Counted from the stretch's first letter, positions 1 to 9,575 are shown. The stretch is 64,000 nt of DNA from Saprospiraceae bacterium (GCA_018057925.1 JAGPCT010000005.1:777-64776), one strand, 5' to 3'. Made by a program: numbers and translations. The notes: a model not told the origin generated them from the sequence alone.

Positions 1-507
1 ACAAATGAAACTTCTACTGCCTTTTATTACGGTAAAACAAACTCACTTTATACCATTAAAGCGGGAAAAGGAATAAAAAGATACTGGTCAGACAAAGCTA
101 CAAAAAAAGGCGTAATGGTCGGATATTTACTGGAAGGAGGTATTACCTTGGGAATACTACAACCATATTACATCAAAGTGGCTACGCTCAATGAAGATAC
201 CGGACTGCCGGAACTGAAAGAAATAAAATATGGTGCAGGATCTGATGATTTGTTTCTGGATAATTCAAGGATTTTTGGTCGTGCATCGCTTTCTAAGGGC
301 TTGTTTGAATCTACTTTTATACCGGGCATTCACCTTCAAGCCGGCCTACATTCTGACTTCGGAAAATACGATGACTTTTTAAAAGCTCTTCAAGTTGGAA
401 TCATGGCTAATATCTTTACTCAACCCATTCAACTCATGGTAAACCAACCCAAAAGACCCTATATGCTCAACCTTTATCTTTCCTTGCAGTTTGGTAGAAG
501 ACGTTGA
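1..507 (+). CDS. hypothetical protein, C-terminal part (gene starts upstream of window)
   Basis: Frame 1 is open from nt 1 (TNETSTAFYYGK...) through the listed 115-507 ORF to the stop at 505-507. No diagnostic motif recognised. Confidence 0.5.
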   Translation, partial: TNETSTAFYYGKTNSLYTIKAGKGIKRYWSDKATKKGVMVGYLLEGGITLGILQPYYIKVATLNEDTGLPELKEIKYGAGSDDLFLDNSRIFGRASLSKGLFESTFIPGIHLQAGLHSDFGKYDDFLKALQVGIMANIFTQPIQLMVNQPKRPYMLNLYLSLQFGRRR

Positions 508-532
508 TATGCATATAGATTTTCCAATATCT

Positions 533-540
533 TATCTTTG
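533..540 (+). promoter_or_regulatory. candidate -7 promoter box (TATCTTTG)
   Basis: Matches the Bacteroidota sigma-A -7 consensus TAnnTTTG. Lies 90 nt upstream of the dcp ATG. No clear -33 TTTG. Confidence 0.3.
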
Positions 541-630
541 CTGATACTAAAGCATTAACTTCAAAAAGCAATAACTTAAAACAACTATATATATAATACT
601 GAAAATCTTTTATTTAATAAAAATATTATC

Positions 631-2793
631 ATGCTCTCTTTAAATATTACACTGTTTACCCTTATTACTACATTAGGAATTATAACGAACAATAAGTTTA
701 TGCTACACCAAGATATTAACATTACTACCAAGTCAACTTATATACATGGAGACGAAGACAACATATTATTACAACCGTGGGGCGGTAAGTTTGGGGGCTA
801 TCCACCCTTAGACAAAGTTAAAATAGGAGATTTCCTTCCGGCTTTAGATAGAAGTATCGAAGTAGCAACACAAGAAATGAATGCTATTGCAAATAATACA
901 GTGGAACCGACTTTCAACAACACTATTGTTCAACTAGAAAAAAGTGAACAGTTGCTCCGACAAGTAACTGCGGTATATGGCATTTGGTCTTCTACAATGA
1001 ATACACCTGAGTTTCAGGAAATTGAGGCTAAGTTTGAACAAAAATATACCACTTATCAAAATTGGAAGGATCAAAATATTGGCCTTTTTAACCGCATCGA
1101 AAAAATATACACTTCAAAGGAATACAACAAATTGAATCCCGAAGCACAAAGACTTGTCAAAGAAAAATACGACTATTTGATTCGAAATGGGGCAAGGCTT
1201 AACGAAGGACAAAAAGCAACTTTGTCAAAATATAATCAGAAATTATCAGCATTCTTCACTCAATTTAGTCAAAACCTCTTAGCAGACGAATCTGAAAAAT
1301 ACATTATTATTGACAATAAAGATGACCTCAGTGGACTATCTCCCGACTTAATAAATGCCGCTTATAAAGCTGCCATAGACGAAGGTCTAGAAGGTAAATA
1401 CGTCATTCGAAACACCCGATCTTCAGCTGACCCATTCCTTACTTTTGCTGACAATAGGACACTCCGTGAAAAAGTATGGCGTATGTTTATTAGTCGAGGG
1501 GACAATAATGATAAAAACGATAACAAGAAAATCGTGGCTGAGATATTAGACCTTCGTGACAAAAGAGCTAAATTACTCGGTTTTGAGACCCACGCACATT
1601 GGCGTCTTGGTAATTCAATGGCAAAGACACCGGAAAACGCTATGAAACTCATGCTTGACGTGTGGACTCTAGCAATTCATAAGGTTAAGGAAGAAGTCAA
1701 CGACATGCAAAATCTCGCTCTTCGTAATGGAGATCATATAAAAATCGAACCATGGGATTATAAATATTATGCCGAAAAGGTTAGAAAAGAAAAATACGAT
1801 TTAGACCAAAATCAAATACAAGAATATTTACAATTGGATAAATTAAAGGAAGGGATGTTCTGGGTGGCAAACGAAATATTTAACCTGACTTTCAGCCCAT
1901 TACAAGGAATTCCTGTCAATCATCCTGATGTTGAAGTCTGGCAGGTAAAAAATGCAACCACCGGAAAGCACATAGGGTTATTCTATTTCGATCCTTATGC
2001 TCGCAAAGGCAAGCGAAGCGGGGCTTGGATGAACGCTTATCGCGATCAACAAAGAATTACAGAGGATATCCCTACCATAGTTTCCAACAACTCCAATTTT
2101 ACAAAAGGGCTACCCGGAGAACCTGTTCTTATCTCTTGGGATGATGCCACTACCCTATTTCACGAATTTGGACATGCTTTACATGGGCTATCTTCCAATG
2201 TAACTTATCCTTCACTCTCAGGCACCAACGTTTACACAGATTACGTTGAGTTTCCATCACAGCTATTGGAATTCTGGCTTTCTACGCCTGAGGTTCTACA
2301 ACGATTTGCCCTACATTATAAGACAGGCCAACCTATTCCAACTGATTTAGTAGCCAAGATACGCAAGTCATCTACTTTCAATGAAGGTTTTGCCACCACA
2401 GAGTTTTTAGCATCAGCCCTAATAGATATGAAATTACACCTGGCACAACCGTCTATTGAGGATGTCAATGCTTTTGAAAAAACTGAATTGGATAAATTAA
2501 AAATGCCATCTGAAATAGTTATGCGACATAGAATTCCGCAGTTTGGACACCTTTTTAGCGGCGATGGATATTCTGCCGGATATTACAGTTATCTTTGGGC
2601 TGATGTGCTTACCGCTGACGGATACAAAGCCTTTCTAGATGGTAATGGTCCATACGATAAAAAAGTAGCAAAAAGATTGTTGGACAATGTATTTTCAGTA
2701 GGCAATACAATCGATCCAGCTGAAGGGTATAGAAAATTTAGAGGAAGAGAACCTCAAGTGGAAGCATTGATGGAAAAAAGAGGATTGAATTAG
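631..2793 (+). CDS. dcp: M3 family zinc metallopeptidase, peptidyl-dipeptidase Dcp-like
   Basis: 720 aa. HExxH zinc motif in the M3 context (TLFHEFGHALHGL). Hydrophobic N-terminus. Confidence 0.85.
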   Translation: MLSLNITLFTLITTLGIITNNKFMLHQDINITTKSTYIHGDEDNILLQPWGGKFGGYPPLDKVKIGDFLPALDRSIEVATQEMNAIANNTVEPTFNNTIVQLEKSEQLLRQVTAVYGIWSSTMNTPEFQEIEAKFEQKYTTYQNWKDQNIGLFNRIEKIYTSKEYNKLNPEAQRLVKEKYDYLIRNGARLNEGQKATLSKYNQKLSAFFTQFSQNLLADESEKYIIIDNKDDLSGLSPDLINAAYKAAIDEGLEGKYVIRNTRSSADPFLTFADNRTLREKVWRMFISRGDNNDKNDNKKIVAEILDLRDKRAKLLGFETHAHWRLGNSMAKTPENAMKLMLDVWTLAIHKVKEEVNDMQNLALRNGDHIKIEPWDYKYYAEKVRKEKYDLDQNQIQEYLQLDKLKEGMFWVANEIFNLTFSPLQGIPVNHPDVEVWQVKNATTGKHIGLFYFDPYARKGKRSGAWMNAYRDQQRITEDIPTIVSNNSNFTKGLPGEPVLISWDDATTLFHEFGHALHGLSSNVTYPSLSGTNVYTDYVEFPSQLLEFWLSTPEVLQRFALHYKTGQPIPTDLVAKIRKSSTFNEGFATTEFLASALIDMKLHLAQPSIEDVNAFEKTELDKLKMPSEIVMRHRIPQFGHLFSGDGYSAGYYSYLWADVLTADGYKAFLDGNGPYDKKVAKRLLDNVFSVGNTIDPAEGYRKFRGREPQVEALMEKRGLN

Positions 2794-2886
2794 AACATTA
2801 AAAATTCAATCAATAGAAAGTGATGTCTGAATAACAATTCTATAAAGAAAAAATATGGCATAACTTGAAAATTATCATATACAAGT

Positions 2887-2894
2887 TATCTTTG
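2887..2894 (+). promoter_or_regulatory. candidate -7 promoter box (TATCTTTG)
   Basis: TAnnTTTG match only 8 nt upstream of the pyrR ATG at 2903. This would give a very short or absent 5' UTR. Confidence 0.3.
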
Positions 2895-2902
2895 CTATTG
2901 AA

Positions 2903-3460
2903 ATGCAGGAAGGACGGGAAATAATATCCAATCAAAAATTTGACATCGTCGTCAGGAGGCTTTGTTATCAGCTAATTGAGAATTATCAAGACTTTTCAAA
3001 TGCCTGTATTATAGGATTACAACCAAGAGGTACCATTTTATCAAAATTAATTTACAATCTCTTAACCAACGAATTTGGGGTCAAAGAGATCGAATATGGC
3101 GACTTAGATATCACTTTTTATAGAGATGACTATCGGGATAGAACCAAAGTGTTGCACGCCAGCGAAACCAGAATGAATTTTATCGTTGAGCAAAAAAGGG
3201 TTCTTCTAATAGATGATGTCTTATATACCGGAAGGTCTATACACGCTGCCATGTCCGCCATACAACACTATGGAAGACCATCAAGTATAGAATTACTTTC
3301 CTTTATAGATCGCCGCTTCAATCGCGACTTTCCGATACAATCTAATTATACCGGCTTGGTTGTAGATGCTTTGGATGAAGCATACGTTATTTTGCAATGG
3401 AATCAAGAAAAAACCTCTTCTTCCGTAAATATTTATCCTAATAAATCAGACAAACAATGA
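2903..3460 (+). CDS. pyrR: PyrR, pyrimidine operon regulator / uracil phosphoribosyltransferase
   Basis: 185 aa. PRPP-binding motif VLLIDDVLYTGRS. ATGA overlap with pyrB. Confidence 0.9.
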   Translation: MQEGREIISNQKFDIVVRRLCYQLIENYQDFSNACIIGLQPRGTILSKLIYNLLTNEFGVKEIEYGDLDITFYRDDYRDRTKVLHASETRMNFIVEQKRVLLIDDVLYTGRSIHAAMSAIQHYGRPSSIELLSFIDRRFNRDFPIQSNYTGLVVDALDEAYVILQWNQEKTSSSVNIYPNKSDKQ

Positions 3461-4392
3461 GTAATAGTCAAGGTCAGTTGAGTACTAAACATTTGCTTGG
3501 CATAAAAGACCTGTTGGAAGAAGATTTGCAACTCATTTTTTCAACTGCTCACAATTTTAAAAATGTAATAAATCGACCTGTCAAGAAAGTTCCCTCTCTT
3601 AAAGATATTACAGTAGCTAATTTATTTTTTGAAAACAGCACACGTACAAGAATGTCTTTTGAACTGGCTGAAAAACGTCTTTCTGCGGATGTGATTAACT
3701 TTTCGGCTTCTACTTCTTCTGTCTCAAAGGGCGAAACGTTACTCGATACCGTCAACAATATACTTTCGATGAAGGTAGATATGATTGTAATGCGGCATCC
3801 TGCGCCCGGTGCTTGTGCTTACCTATCCAAAAAAATAAATGCTTCCATCCTGAATGCAGGTGATGGAGCACATGAGCATCCAACGCAAGCTCTATTAGAT
3901 GCCTTTTCCATTCAAGAACAAATTGGAGAAATTAGAGGAAAAAACATTGCAATAATTGGTGATATTGTCCACAGCCGAGTAGCACTTAGTAACATATTTT
4001 GTTTAAAAAAATTAGGTGCCCATGTACGTGTGTGCGGCCCACCAACTTTGATACCACGTTATATTCACGAATTAGGCGTTGAAGTCTCATACAACTTAGA
4101 AGAAACTTTGCGCTGGTGCGACGTCGCCAACGTCTTACGCATTCAACTTGAACGTCAAAAAATAAAATTATTTCCTTCTTTAAGAGAATATGCCCGTTAT
4201 TATGGAATCAATCGACAGATATTGGAAAAAGTGGGTAAAGAGATCATCATAATGCATCCCGGTCCAATCAATCGAGGTGTTGAAATAACCAGTGATGTTG
4301 CAGATGGGCCCGCTTCAATCATCTTACAACAGGTAGAAAATGGCGTTGCAATACGCATGGCTGCTCTTTTTTTATTAGCAACCAGGGTATAA
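3457..4392 (+). CDS. pyrB: aspartate carbamoyltransferase catalytic subunit
   Basis: Motifs ENSTRTRMSFE, HEHPTQALLD and MHPGPINRG. 311 aa. Confidence 0.95.
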   Translation: MSNSQGQLSTKHLLGIKDLLEEDLQLIFSTAHNFKNVINRPVKKVPSLKDITVANLFFENSTRTRMSFELAEKRLSADVINFSASTSSVSKGETLLDTVNNILSMKVDMIVMRHPAPGACAYLSKKINASILNAGDGAHEHPTQALLDAFSIQEQIGEIRGKNIAIIGDIVHSRVALSNIFCLKKLGAHVRVCGPPTLIPRYIHELGVEVSYNLEETLRWCDVANVLRIQLERQKIKLFPSLREYARYYGINRQILEKVGKEIIIMHPGPINRGVEITSDVADGPASIILQQVENGVAIRMAALFLLATRV

Positions 4393-4469
4393 AGTAAACT
4401 TTGCAAAACATTAAGAAAACATTTCACATTCATTGCGTTACTTTACATCAAGAATCAAAAGAGTAAAGC

Positions 4470-5897
4470 ATGACATTCAAAAGCATTATCATCTCATCCT
4501 TCCTTGTTGTAATGAGTATTTTTGCCAATGCCCAATCCGGTTACAAAATTGACATTAAACTTAATAACTATAACAATGACACGCTGTTGTTGGGTTATTA
4601 TCTGGGTGACAAACAATTTGTCAAAGATACTGCCATCTCACATAATGGAACTTTCACATTCAAAGGAATAAAAGATCTTGATCCGGGTGTATATATGGCA
4701 GTCATGCTACCTGAAAAAAATGTCTTTCAATTTATTGTTGACAAAAACAATCGATTCTTTGGTATAGAAGCCGATGCATCAAGGCTTACCAGTAAATTAA
4801 AAGCCAAGAATAGCGATGAAAACACCATATTCTTCAACTATATCCATTATTTAACTTCCCAGCGGCCTATGGCAGAATCATACCGAACGAAGATGAGAGA
4901 AGCAAAAGATAGTACGGCATACAAGCTCTATTCTTCTAAAGTCGATGAAATTGACCAACAAGTATTTAGTATGCAAGATGATTTTATTAAAAAAAATCCA
5001 AAATCATTCACTGCAACGTTAATCAAGTCTTCAAAAGAGCCGCCTTTACCCGTTTATGGTCCTAATGATGATATGGAAGACAAAATAAAGGGTTACAACC
5101 ACTTTAAAGACCATTATTTAGATAATTTAAATTTCCAGGATGAAAGGCTTTTCAGGTCGCCTGTTTACTTCCAAAAAATTGATAACTTTATCCAAAACAT
5201 TACCTACCAGCAGCCTGATTCTATTATTAAATCTTTGGATTTTGTATTAGAAAAAACACAGGTTATCCCGGATGCATTCAAATTTTATCTTAGTCATTAT
5301 TTTAATTTTTATCTGAAAAGTAAATTTGTTGGCATGGATGCAGTCTATGTGCATTTAATTGATAAATACTACAGTAAAGGAATGGCACCATGGGTGGATA
5401 AAGAAAATCTACAAAAGATGAAAGACGCGGCAAATGATGCACGTCCTACATTAGTCGGAAAATTAGCACCTAACCTAACTTTCATCAACCAAAAAGATAG
5501 TTCTGATATCAAGTTATATGATGTTGTATCACCCTATACCGTAATGTTTTTCTGGGCCCCAGATTGTTCACATTGTGAAAAAGCAATTCCACATGTTTTA
5601 GAGTTTTATGAAAAATACAAAGATAAAGGAGTTGAAATTTTCGCTGTGTGTACCGGACTATTGGATGAAGCTAAAGATTGTTGGAAAAGTGTTGAAAAGA
5701 AAAACATGAAACATTTTGTCAATGTCTATGATCCTGTTTTATTGTCAAATTTTAAAGTTATTTATAATATCAAATCAACACCTCAATTTCTTATTCTCGA
5801 TAAAGACAAAAAGATCCTTTCCAAGGGTATTGGAGCAGATCAACTTGATGAAGTGATGGGTAAAATCATTGAATACAATCATAACAAATCAAATTAA
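4470..5897 (+). CDS. secreted thioredoxin-fold thiol-disulfide oxidoreductase (TlpA/AhpC-like) with long N-terminal domain
   Basis: Signal peptide (MTFKSIIISSFLVVMSIFANAQ). C-terminal thioredoxin fold with CxxC (FWAPDCSHCEK). Confidence 0.75.
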   Translation: MTFKSIIISSFLVVMSIFANAQSGYKIDIKLNNYNNDTLLLGYYLGDKQFVKDTAISHNGTFTFKGIKDLDPGVYMAVMLPEKNVFQFIVDKNNRFFGIEADASRLTSKLKAKNSDENTIFFNYIHYLTSQRPMAESYRTKMREAKDSTAYKLYSSKVDEIDQQVFSMQDDFIKKNPKSFTATLIKSSKEPPLPVYGPNDDMEDKIKGYNHFKDHYLDNLNFQDERLFRSPVYFQKIDNFIQNITYQQPDSIIKSLDFVLEKTQVIPDAFKFYLSHYFNFYLKSKFVGMDAVYVHLIDKYYSKGMAPWVDKENLQKMKDAANDARPTLVGKLAPNLTFINQKDSSDIKLYDVVSPYTVMFFWAPDCSHCEKAIPHVLEFYEKYKDKGVEIFAVCTGLLDEAKDCWKSVEKKNMKHFVNVYDPVLLSNFKVIYNIKSTPQFLILDKDKKILSKGIGADQLDEVMGKIIEYNHNKSN

Positions 5898-5905
5898 ACA
5901 TATAT

Positions 5906-6012
5906 AAACCCAAATTCCGCATTTGACAATTGTGGAATCGATTTACGACTCATAATCAGCATTATACGGTTTTTCAAAGCCTTTACTGCTGAATACGGTA
6001 TAATACCGAATG
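5906..6012 (+). repeat. intergenic structured repeat, family B copy 1 (anchor hairpin plus CATAATCAGCA module)
   Basis: AAACCCAAATTCC followed by hairpin 5914-5921/5931-5938, then cgatttacgactcataatcagcattatacggtttttcaaagcctttactgctgaa. Related copies at 27108-27195 (inverted), 38326-38382 and 62019-62167. Confidence 0.65.
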
Positions 6013-6173
6013 GATATATTCGTAATAGTCCAACTACATTGGCCTAAACGACTATCATCCCGAAGCTCCGGGAGTATTTTGATTTTAGGAAATCCTGTTT
6101 TTCGGGAATACCAAAACATGTTGGACTAATTTATAAATCAATTTGGTATAACATAAACAGTCGATAGAGTTCA

Positions 6174-6208
6174 TAAAAAAACCGGATACTTTAGCACCCG
6201 GTTTTTTT
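6174..6208. terminator. bidirectional intrinsic terminator (end of alpha operon / convergent thioredoxin-like gene)
   Basis: aaaaaaaccgg (6174-6184), loop, ccggttttttt (6198-6208). The A-run and T-run flank the stem on both strands. Lies 17 nt downstream of the rplQ stop. Confidence 0.7.
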
Positions 6209-6224
6209 ATCTATTTTTAGAATC

Positions 6225-6851
6225 TTAACCTTCTTTAGATTCTTCATCTTTGATCTCTGGAGCACTTTCGTCATTAGATTCTGAAGTGGAAGTTGTTTCA
6301 TCTACGATATTTTCCACTATCTCTTCTACCTCTGCTGTTTCTACATTAGATTCTTCCTCTGCGACTAAATTTACTTCCTCTTGCACTGGAGCGGTAGGTG
6401 TTGCTTCTTTAGTAACTCCGGAAGCTTTTCTTCTACTTCTACGTGTTTTAACTTTAGCTTTACCATCTAATGATTCATTCGGATTGTAAATAGTATTATA
6501 ATCCACAAACTCAATCATTGCAACATCAGCATTATCATGACGGGTATCGCCCAATTTGATAATACGCAAATACCCTCCAGGTCTATCACCAATTTTTTCT
6601 CTGATATCAGAAAATAAGGTATCAACAGCTACTTTATTCTGAAGATATGAAAACACAACCCTACGAGAATGTGTATTATTGCTTTTAGACTTGGTAATAA
6701 GTGGTTCAAGATAACCTCTTAAAGCTTTTGCTTTAGCTAAAGTCGTATTTATTCTCTTGTGTTCGATTAGGGAAGAAGCCATGTTTTTAAGCATAGCGTC
6801 TCGGTGTGATTTCGTCCGTCCTAAGGCATTAACTTTATTACCGTGTCTCAT
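6225..6851 (-). CDS. rplQ: 50S ribosomal protein L17 with long acidic C-terminal extension
   Basis: [24 protein letters not shown]... Positioned after rpoA. 208 aa, with a tail rich in E/D/S/T. Confidence 0.95.
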   Translation of the reverse strand: MRHGNKVNALGRTKSHRDAMLKNMASSLIEHKRINTTLAKAKALRGYLEPLITKSKSNNTHSRRVVFSYLQNKVAVDTLFSDIREKIGDRPGGYLRIIKLGDTRHDNADVAMIEFVDYNTIYNPNESLDGKAKVKTRRSRRKASGVTKEATPTAPVQEEVNLVAEEESNVETAEVEEIVENIVDETTSTSESNDESAPEIKDEESKEG

Positions 6852-6933
6852 TTGTTTAATTAATTTTTTAACTTCGCAACACCTTCGACCTTTTGGCCAA
6901 TAGTAATTTGCATATAATTATGTGAAATAAATA

Positions 6934-7932
6934 TTATTCTTCGTCCAACTTATATTTGGCAAGATCCATACCGAAGTGAAGACCTTTTGTAGTTAACAGT
7001 TCTTCTATTTCCACCAAAGATTTCTTACCGAAATTTCTAAATTTCAATAATTCATGCGTTTCATATTGAACCATTTCACCCAGTGAATTGATTTTTGCAG
7101 CTTTTAGACAGTTATACGCTCTTACAGAAAGGTCGAGATCTTCTAGAGTAGTCTTTAAAAGCTTTCTCATGTGAAGTATATGCTCATCCACAACATTTTC
7201 TTCGCTCTTCGTTGCATCGTCAAATGAAATATTCTCATCCGTAATCAACATCAAGTGATGAATCAATATTCTGGAAGCTTCTTTAACAGCATCTTCTGGA
7301 TGAATAGTCCCATCCGTTTTAACCTCAATGGTCAACTTTTCATAGTCGGTACGTTGGCCTACCCTTGTGTTGGATACTCTATAAGCAACATTTTTCACCG
7401 GAGTGTATATTGAATCGATAGGAATAACCCCAATTATATTGTCTTTTTCCGGTTGTTCATCAGCCGGAACATAACCCCTACCTTTATTTATAGTAAGCTC
7501 AATTTCCAATGTCACACTTGGATCCATGTGGCAAATGAGCAAATCAGGATTCATCACCTTGAACACATTGGTAAATTGTTCGATATCACCTGATTTAAAT
7601 TCTTCTTTACCTCTTAAAGTAAGATAGATTTTTTCATTTGTTATATCTTCATCATTGAGATTCAATTTCAAACGAACCTGCTTCAAATTAAGGATAATCT
7701 CAATTACGTCTTCAACAACGCCGGGTATTGTGGTAAACTCATGATCTACGCCGCCTATGCGAATAGCAGAGATAGCAAAACCTTCGAGTGAGTTAAGAAG
7801 AACTCTTCTCAATGAGTTACCGATAGTTTGTCCAAAACCAGGTTCAAGTGGTTTAAACTCAAAAATGCCATCGAAATCGGTGGCTTTTTGAAGAATAATT
7901 TTTTCTGGTTTTTGAAAGTTTAATATACTCAT
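6934..7932 (-). CDS. rpoA: DNA-directed RNA polymerase alpha subunit
   Basis: 332 aa. N-terminal domain ([16 protein letters not shown]-like) and C-terminal domain ([12 protein letters not shown]). Operon position fits. Confidence 0.97.
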   Translation of the reverse strand: MSILNFQKPEKIILQKATDFDGIFEFKPLEPGFGQTIGNSLRRVLLNSLEGFAISAIRIGGVDHEFTTIPGVVEDVIEIILNLKQVRLKLNLNDEDITNEKIYLTLRGKEEFKSGDIEQFTNVFKVMNPDLLICHMDPSVTLEIELTINKGRGYVPADEQPEKDNIIGVIPIDSIYTPVKNVAYRVSNTRVGQRTDYEKLTIEVKTDGTIHPEDAVKEASRILIHHLMLITDENISFDDATKSEENVVDEHILHMRKLLKTTLEDLDLSVRAYNCLKAAKINSLGEMVQYETHELLKFRNFGKKSLVEIEELLTTKGLHFGMDLAKYKLDEE

Positions 7933-7983
7933 TTTGAATAAATCTACAAATGATAAAATGATTGAAAAAAATATCCGAATAAA

Positions 7984-8595
7984 TTATTTAGAATATAATT
8001 CGACGATCAACTGTTCATTGATGTTTTCCGGAATTTGGTCTCTTTCAGGATAAGCAAGGTATTTGCCTTCCATTCTTTCAGGATTAAATTCAATCCAAGC
8101 AAATTTACGATTATCGTGTTTTGATTTTACATTAGAAGTAACAATATCCAATCCTCTTGATCTACCTCTAATTTCAATCACATCTCCAGGTCTTACCTGA
8201 AATGATGGAATGTTGGTTACTACACCATTTACTACTATGTGTCTATGTGAAACCAACTGTCGTGCTCCTCTACGAGTATTAGAAACACCCATACGATAAA
8301 CAACGTTATCAAGGCGAGATTCTAAAAACTGTAACAAAACAGTACCTGTTACACCTCCCTTTCTAGCGGCTTTTGTAAATGTATTTCTAAACTGACGCTC
8401 TAATATACCATACGTATATTTAGCTTTTTGTTTTTCCATCAATTGGAGTGCATAGTCAGACTTTTGTTTCCTTCTACGAGAAGGACCATGTTGACCAGGT
8501 GCATATTTCTTTTTGTCAAAAGCTTTATCGGGTCCATAAATTGGTTCACCAAATGCTCTTGCTTTTTTGCTTGCAGGACCAGTATATCTTGCCAT
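7984..8595 (-). CDS. rpsD: 30S ribosomal protein S4
   Basis: MARYTGPASKKARAFGEPI... 203 aa. Operon position fits. Confidence 0.97.
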   Translation of the reverse strand: MARYTGPASKKARAFGEPIYGPDKAFDKKKYAPGQHGPSRRRKQKSDYALQLMEKQKAKYTYGILERQFRNTFTKAARKGGVTGTVLLQFLESRLDNVVYRMGVSNTRRGARQLVSHRHIVVNGVVTNIPSFQVRPGDVIEIRGRSRGLDIVTSNVKSKHDNRKFAWIEFNPERMEGKYLAYPERDQIPENINEQLIVELYSK

Positions 8596-8626
8596 AATTT
8601 ATATCTACTTTATGCTATGATAGTGA

Positions 8627-9016
8627 TTAAACTCTTCTTTTCTTTGGAGGACGACATCCGTTATGTGGTATTGGAGTAATATCAAATATCTTAGTAACTT
8701 TGATACCTGATCCATCAATGGCTCTAATAGCAGATTCTCTACCTGCTCCCGGGCCTTTGACATATACTTCAACATTACGCAAGCCTGCATCGTAAGCAAC
8801 CTTTCCTGCATCAGATGCAGCAACCTGAGCGGCATACGGTGTATTTTTCTTTGAACCTCTAAATCCAGCTTTACCAGCTGATGCCCATGAAATAACTTCC
8901 CCTTGTCTATTGGTAAGAGATACAATCAAGTTATTAAAACTTGCCTGTACATAAGCCAGTCCTTCAGACTCGACTTTTACTTTTCTTTTTTTAACTTTCT
9001 TTTGTGCTTTAGCCAT
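8627..9016 (-). CDS. rpsK: 30S ribosomal protein S11
   Basis: ...[18 protein letters not shown]...[13 protein letters not shown]. 129 aa. Confidence 0.97.
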   Translation of the reverse strand: MAKAQKKVKKRKVKVESEGLAYVQASFNNLIVSLTNRQGEVISWASAGKAGFRGSKKNTPYAAQVAASDAGKVAYDAGLRNVEVYVKGPGAGRESAIRAIDGSGIKVTKIFDITPIPHNGCRPPKKRRV

Positions 9017-9052
9017 AATAATTAAGCTATATAATATCGATGTTATTTACAA

Positions 9053-9430
9053 TTATTTAGTAGCCTTCTTCTTGTTAGCAACTGTCTTACGCTTACCCTT
9101 ACGAGTACGAGAATTATTCTTAGTTCGCTGTCCTCTTAAAGGCAAGCCTTTACGATGGCGAAGACCTCGATATGAAGCGATATCCATTAATCGCTTTATG
9201 TTTAACTGAATTTCAGATCTAAGCTGACCTTCTGTTTTATGTTCGTCATTGACAATACGAGAAATAGTTTTGATATTCTCATCATTCCAGTCAATAACTT
9301 TAGTATCTTCACTAACACCGGCTTGTGCCAATACTTTTGAAGCCAGTGAACGTCCAATACCGAAAATATAGGTTAAGGCAATAACGCCTCTTTTGTTCCT
9401 GGGTAAATCAACTCCTGCTATACGAGCCAT
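9053..9430 (-). CDS. rpsM: 30S ribosomal protein S13
   Basis: [14 protein letters not shown]...[24 protein letters not shown]. Confidence 0.97.
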   Translation of the reverse strand: MARIAGVDLPRNKRGVIALTYIFGIGRSLASKVLAQAGVSEDTKVIDWNDENIKTISRIVNDEHKTEGQLRSEIQLNIKRLMDIASYRGLRHRKGLPLRGQRTKNNSRTRKGKRKTVANKKKATK

Positions 9431-9458
9431 AAAATTATGCTATTATAATTGATAAATA

Positions 9459-9575
9459 TTATCCTTGTCTTTGTTTAAACTTAGGGTTCTTCTTGTTGAT
9501 TACATAAAGCTTCCCTTTTCTTCTAACGATCTTACAATCCACTGATCGTTTTTTAATTGATGCTCTAACTTTCAT
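9459..9575 (-). CDS. rpmJ: 50S ribosomal protein L36 (zinc-free variant)
   Basis: Not in the ORF track (38 codons). My hand translation of the minus strand gives [38 protein letters not shown]. Lies between infA and rpsM as expected. Confidence 0.9.
   Translation of the reverse strand: MKVRASIKKRSVDCKIVRRKGKLYVINKKNPKFKQRQG

Noticed and set aside
2794-2902. Possible PyrR-binding attenuator (binding loop and terminator/antiterminator) upstream of pyrR.
   Set aside because: I could not find the conserved PyrR binding-loop sequence (ARUCCAGAGAGGYU-like) or a terminator hairpin in this leader.
8605-8925. 106-aa minus-strand ORF overlapping rpsK in another frame. Similar antisense or out-of-frame ORFs occur across the ribosomal cluster, for example 8428-8679, 12483-12797, 13313-13561, 16997-17275, 17902-18177, 18348-18611 and 19029-19304.
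   Set aside because: Each lies entirely within a well-supported ribosomal protein gene. They have odd composition and no motifs, and are typical shadow ORFs in AT-rich DNA.
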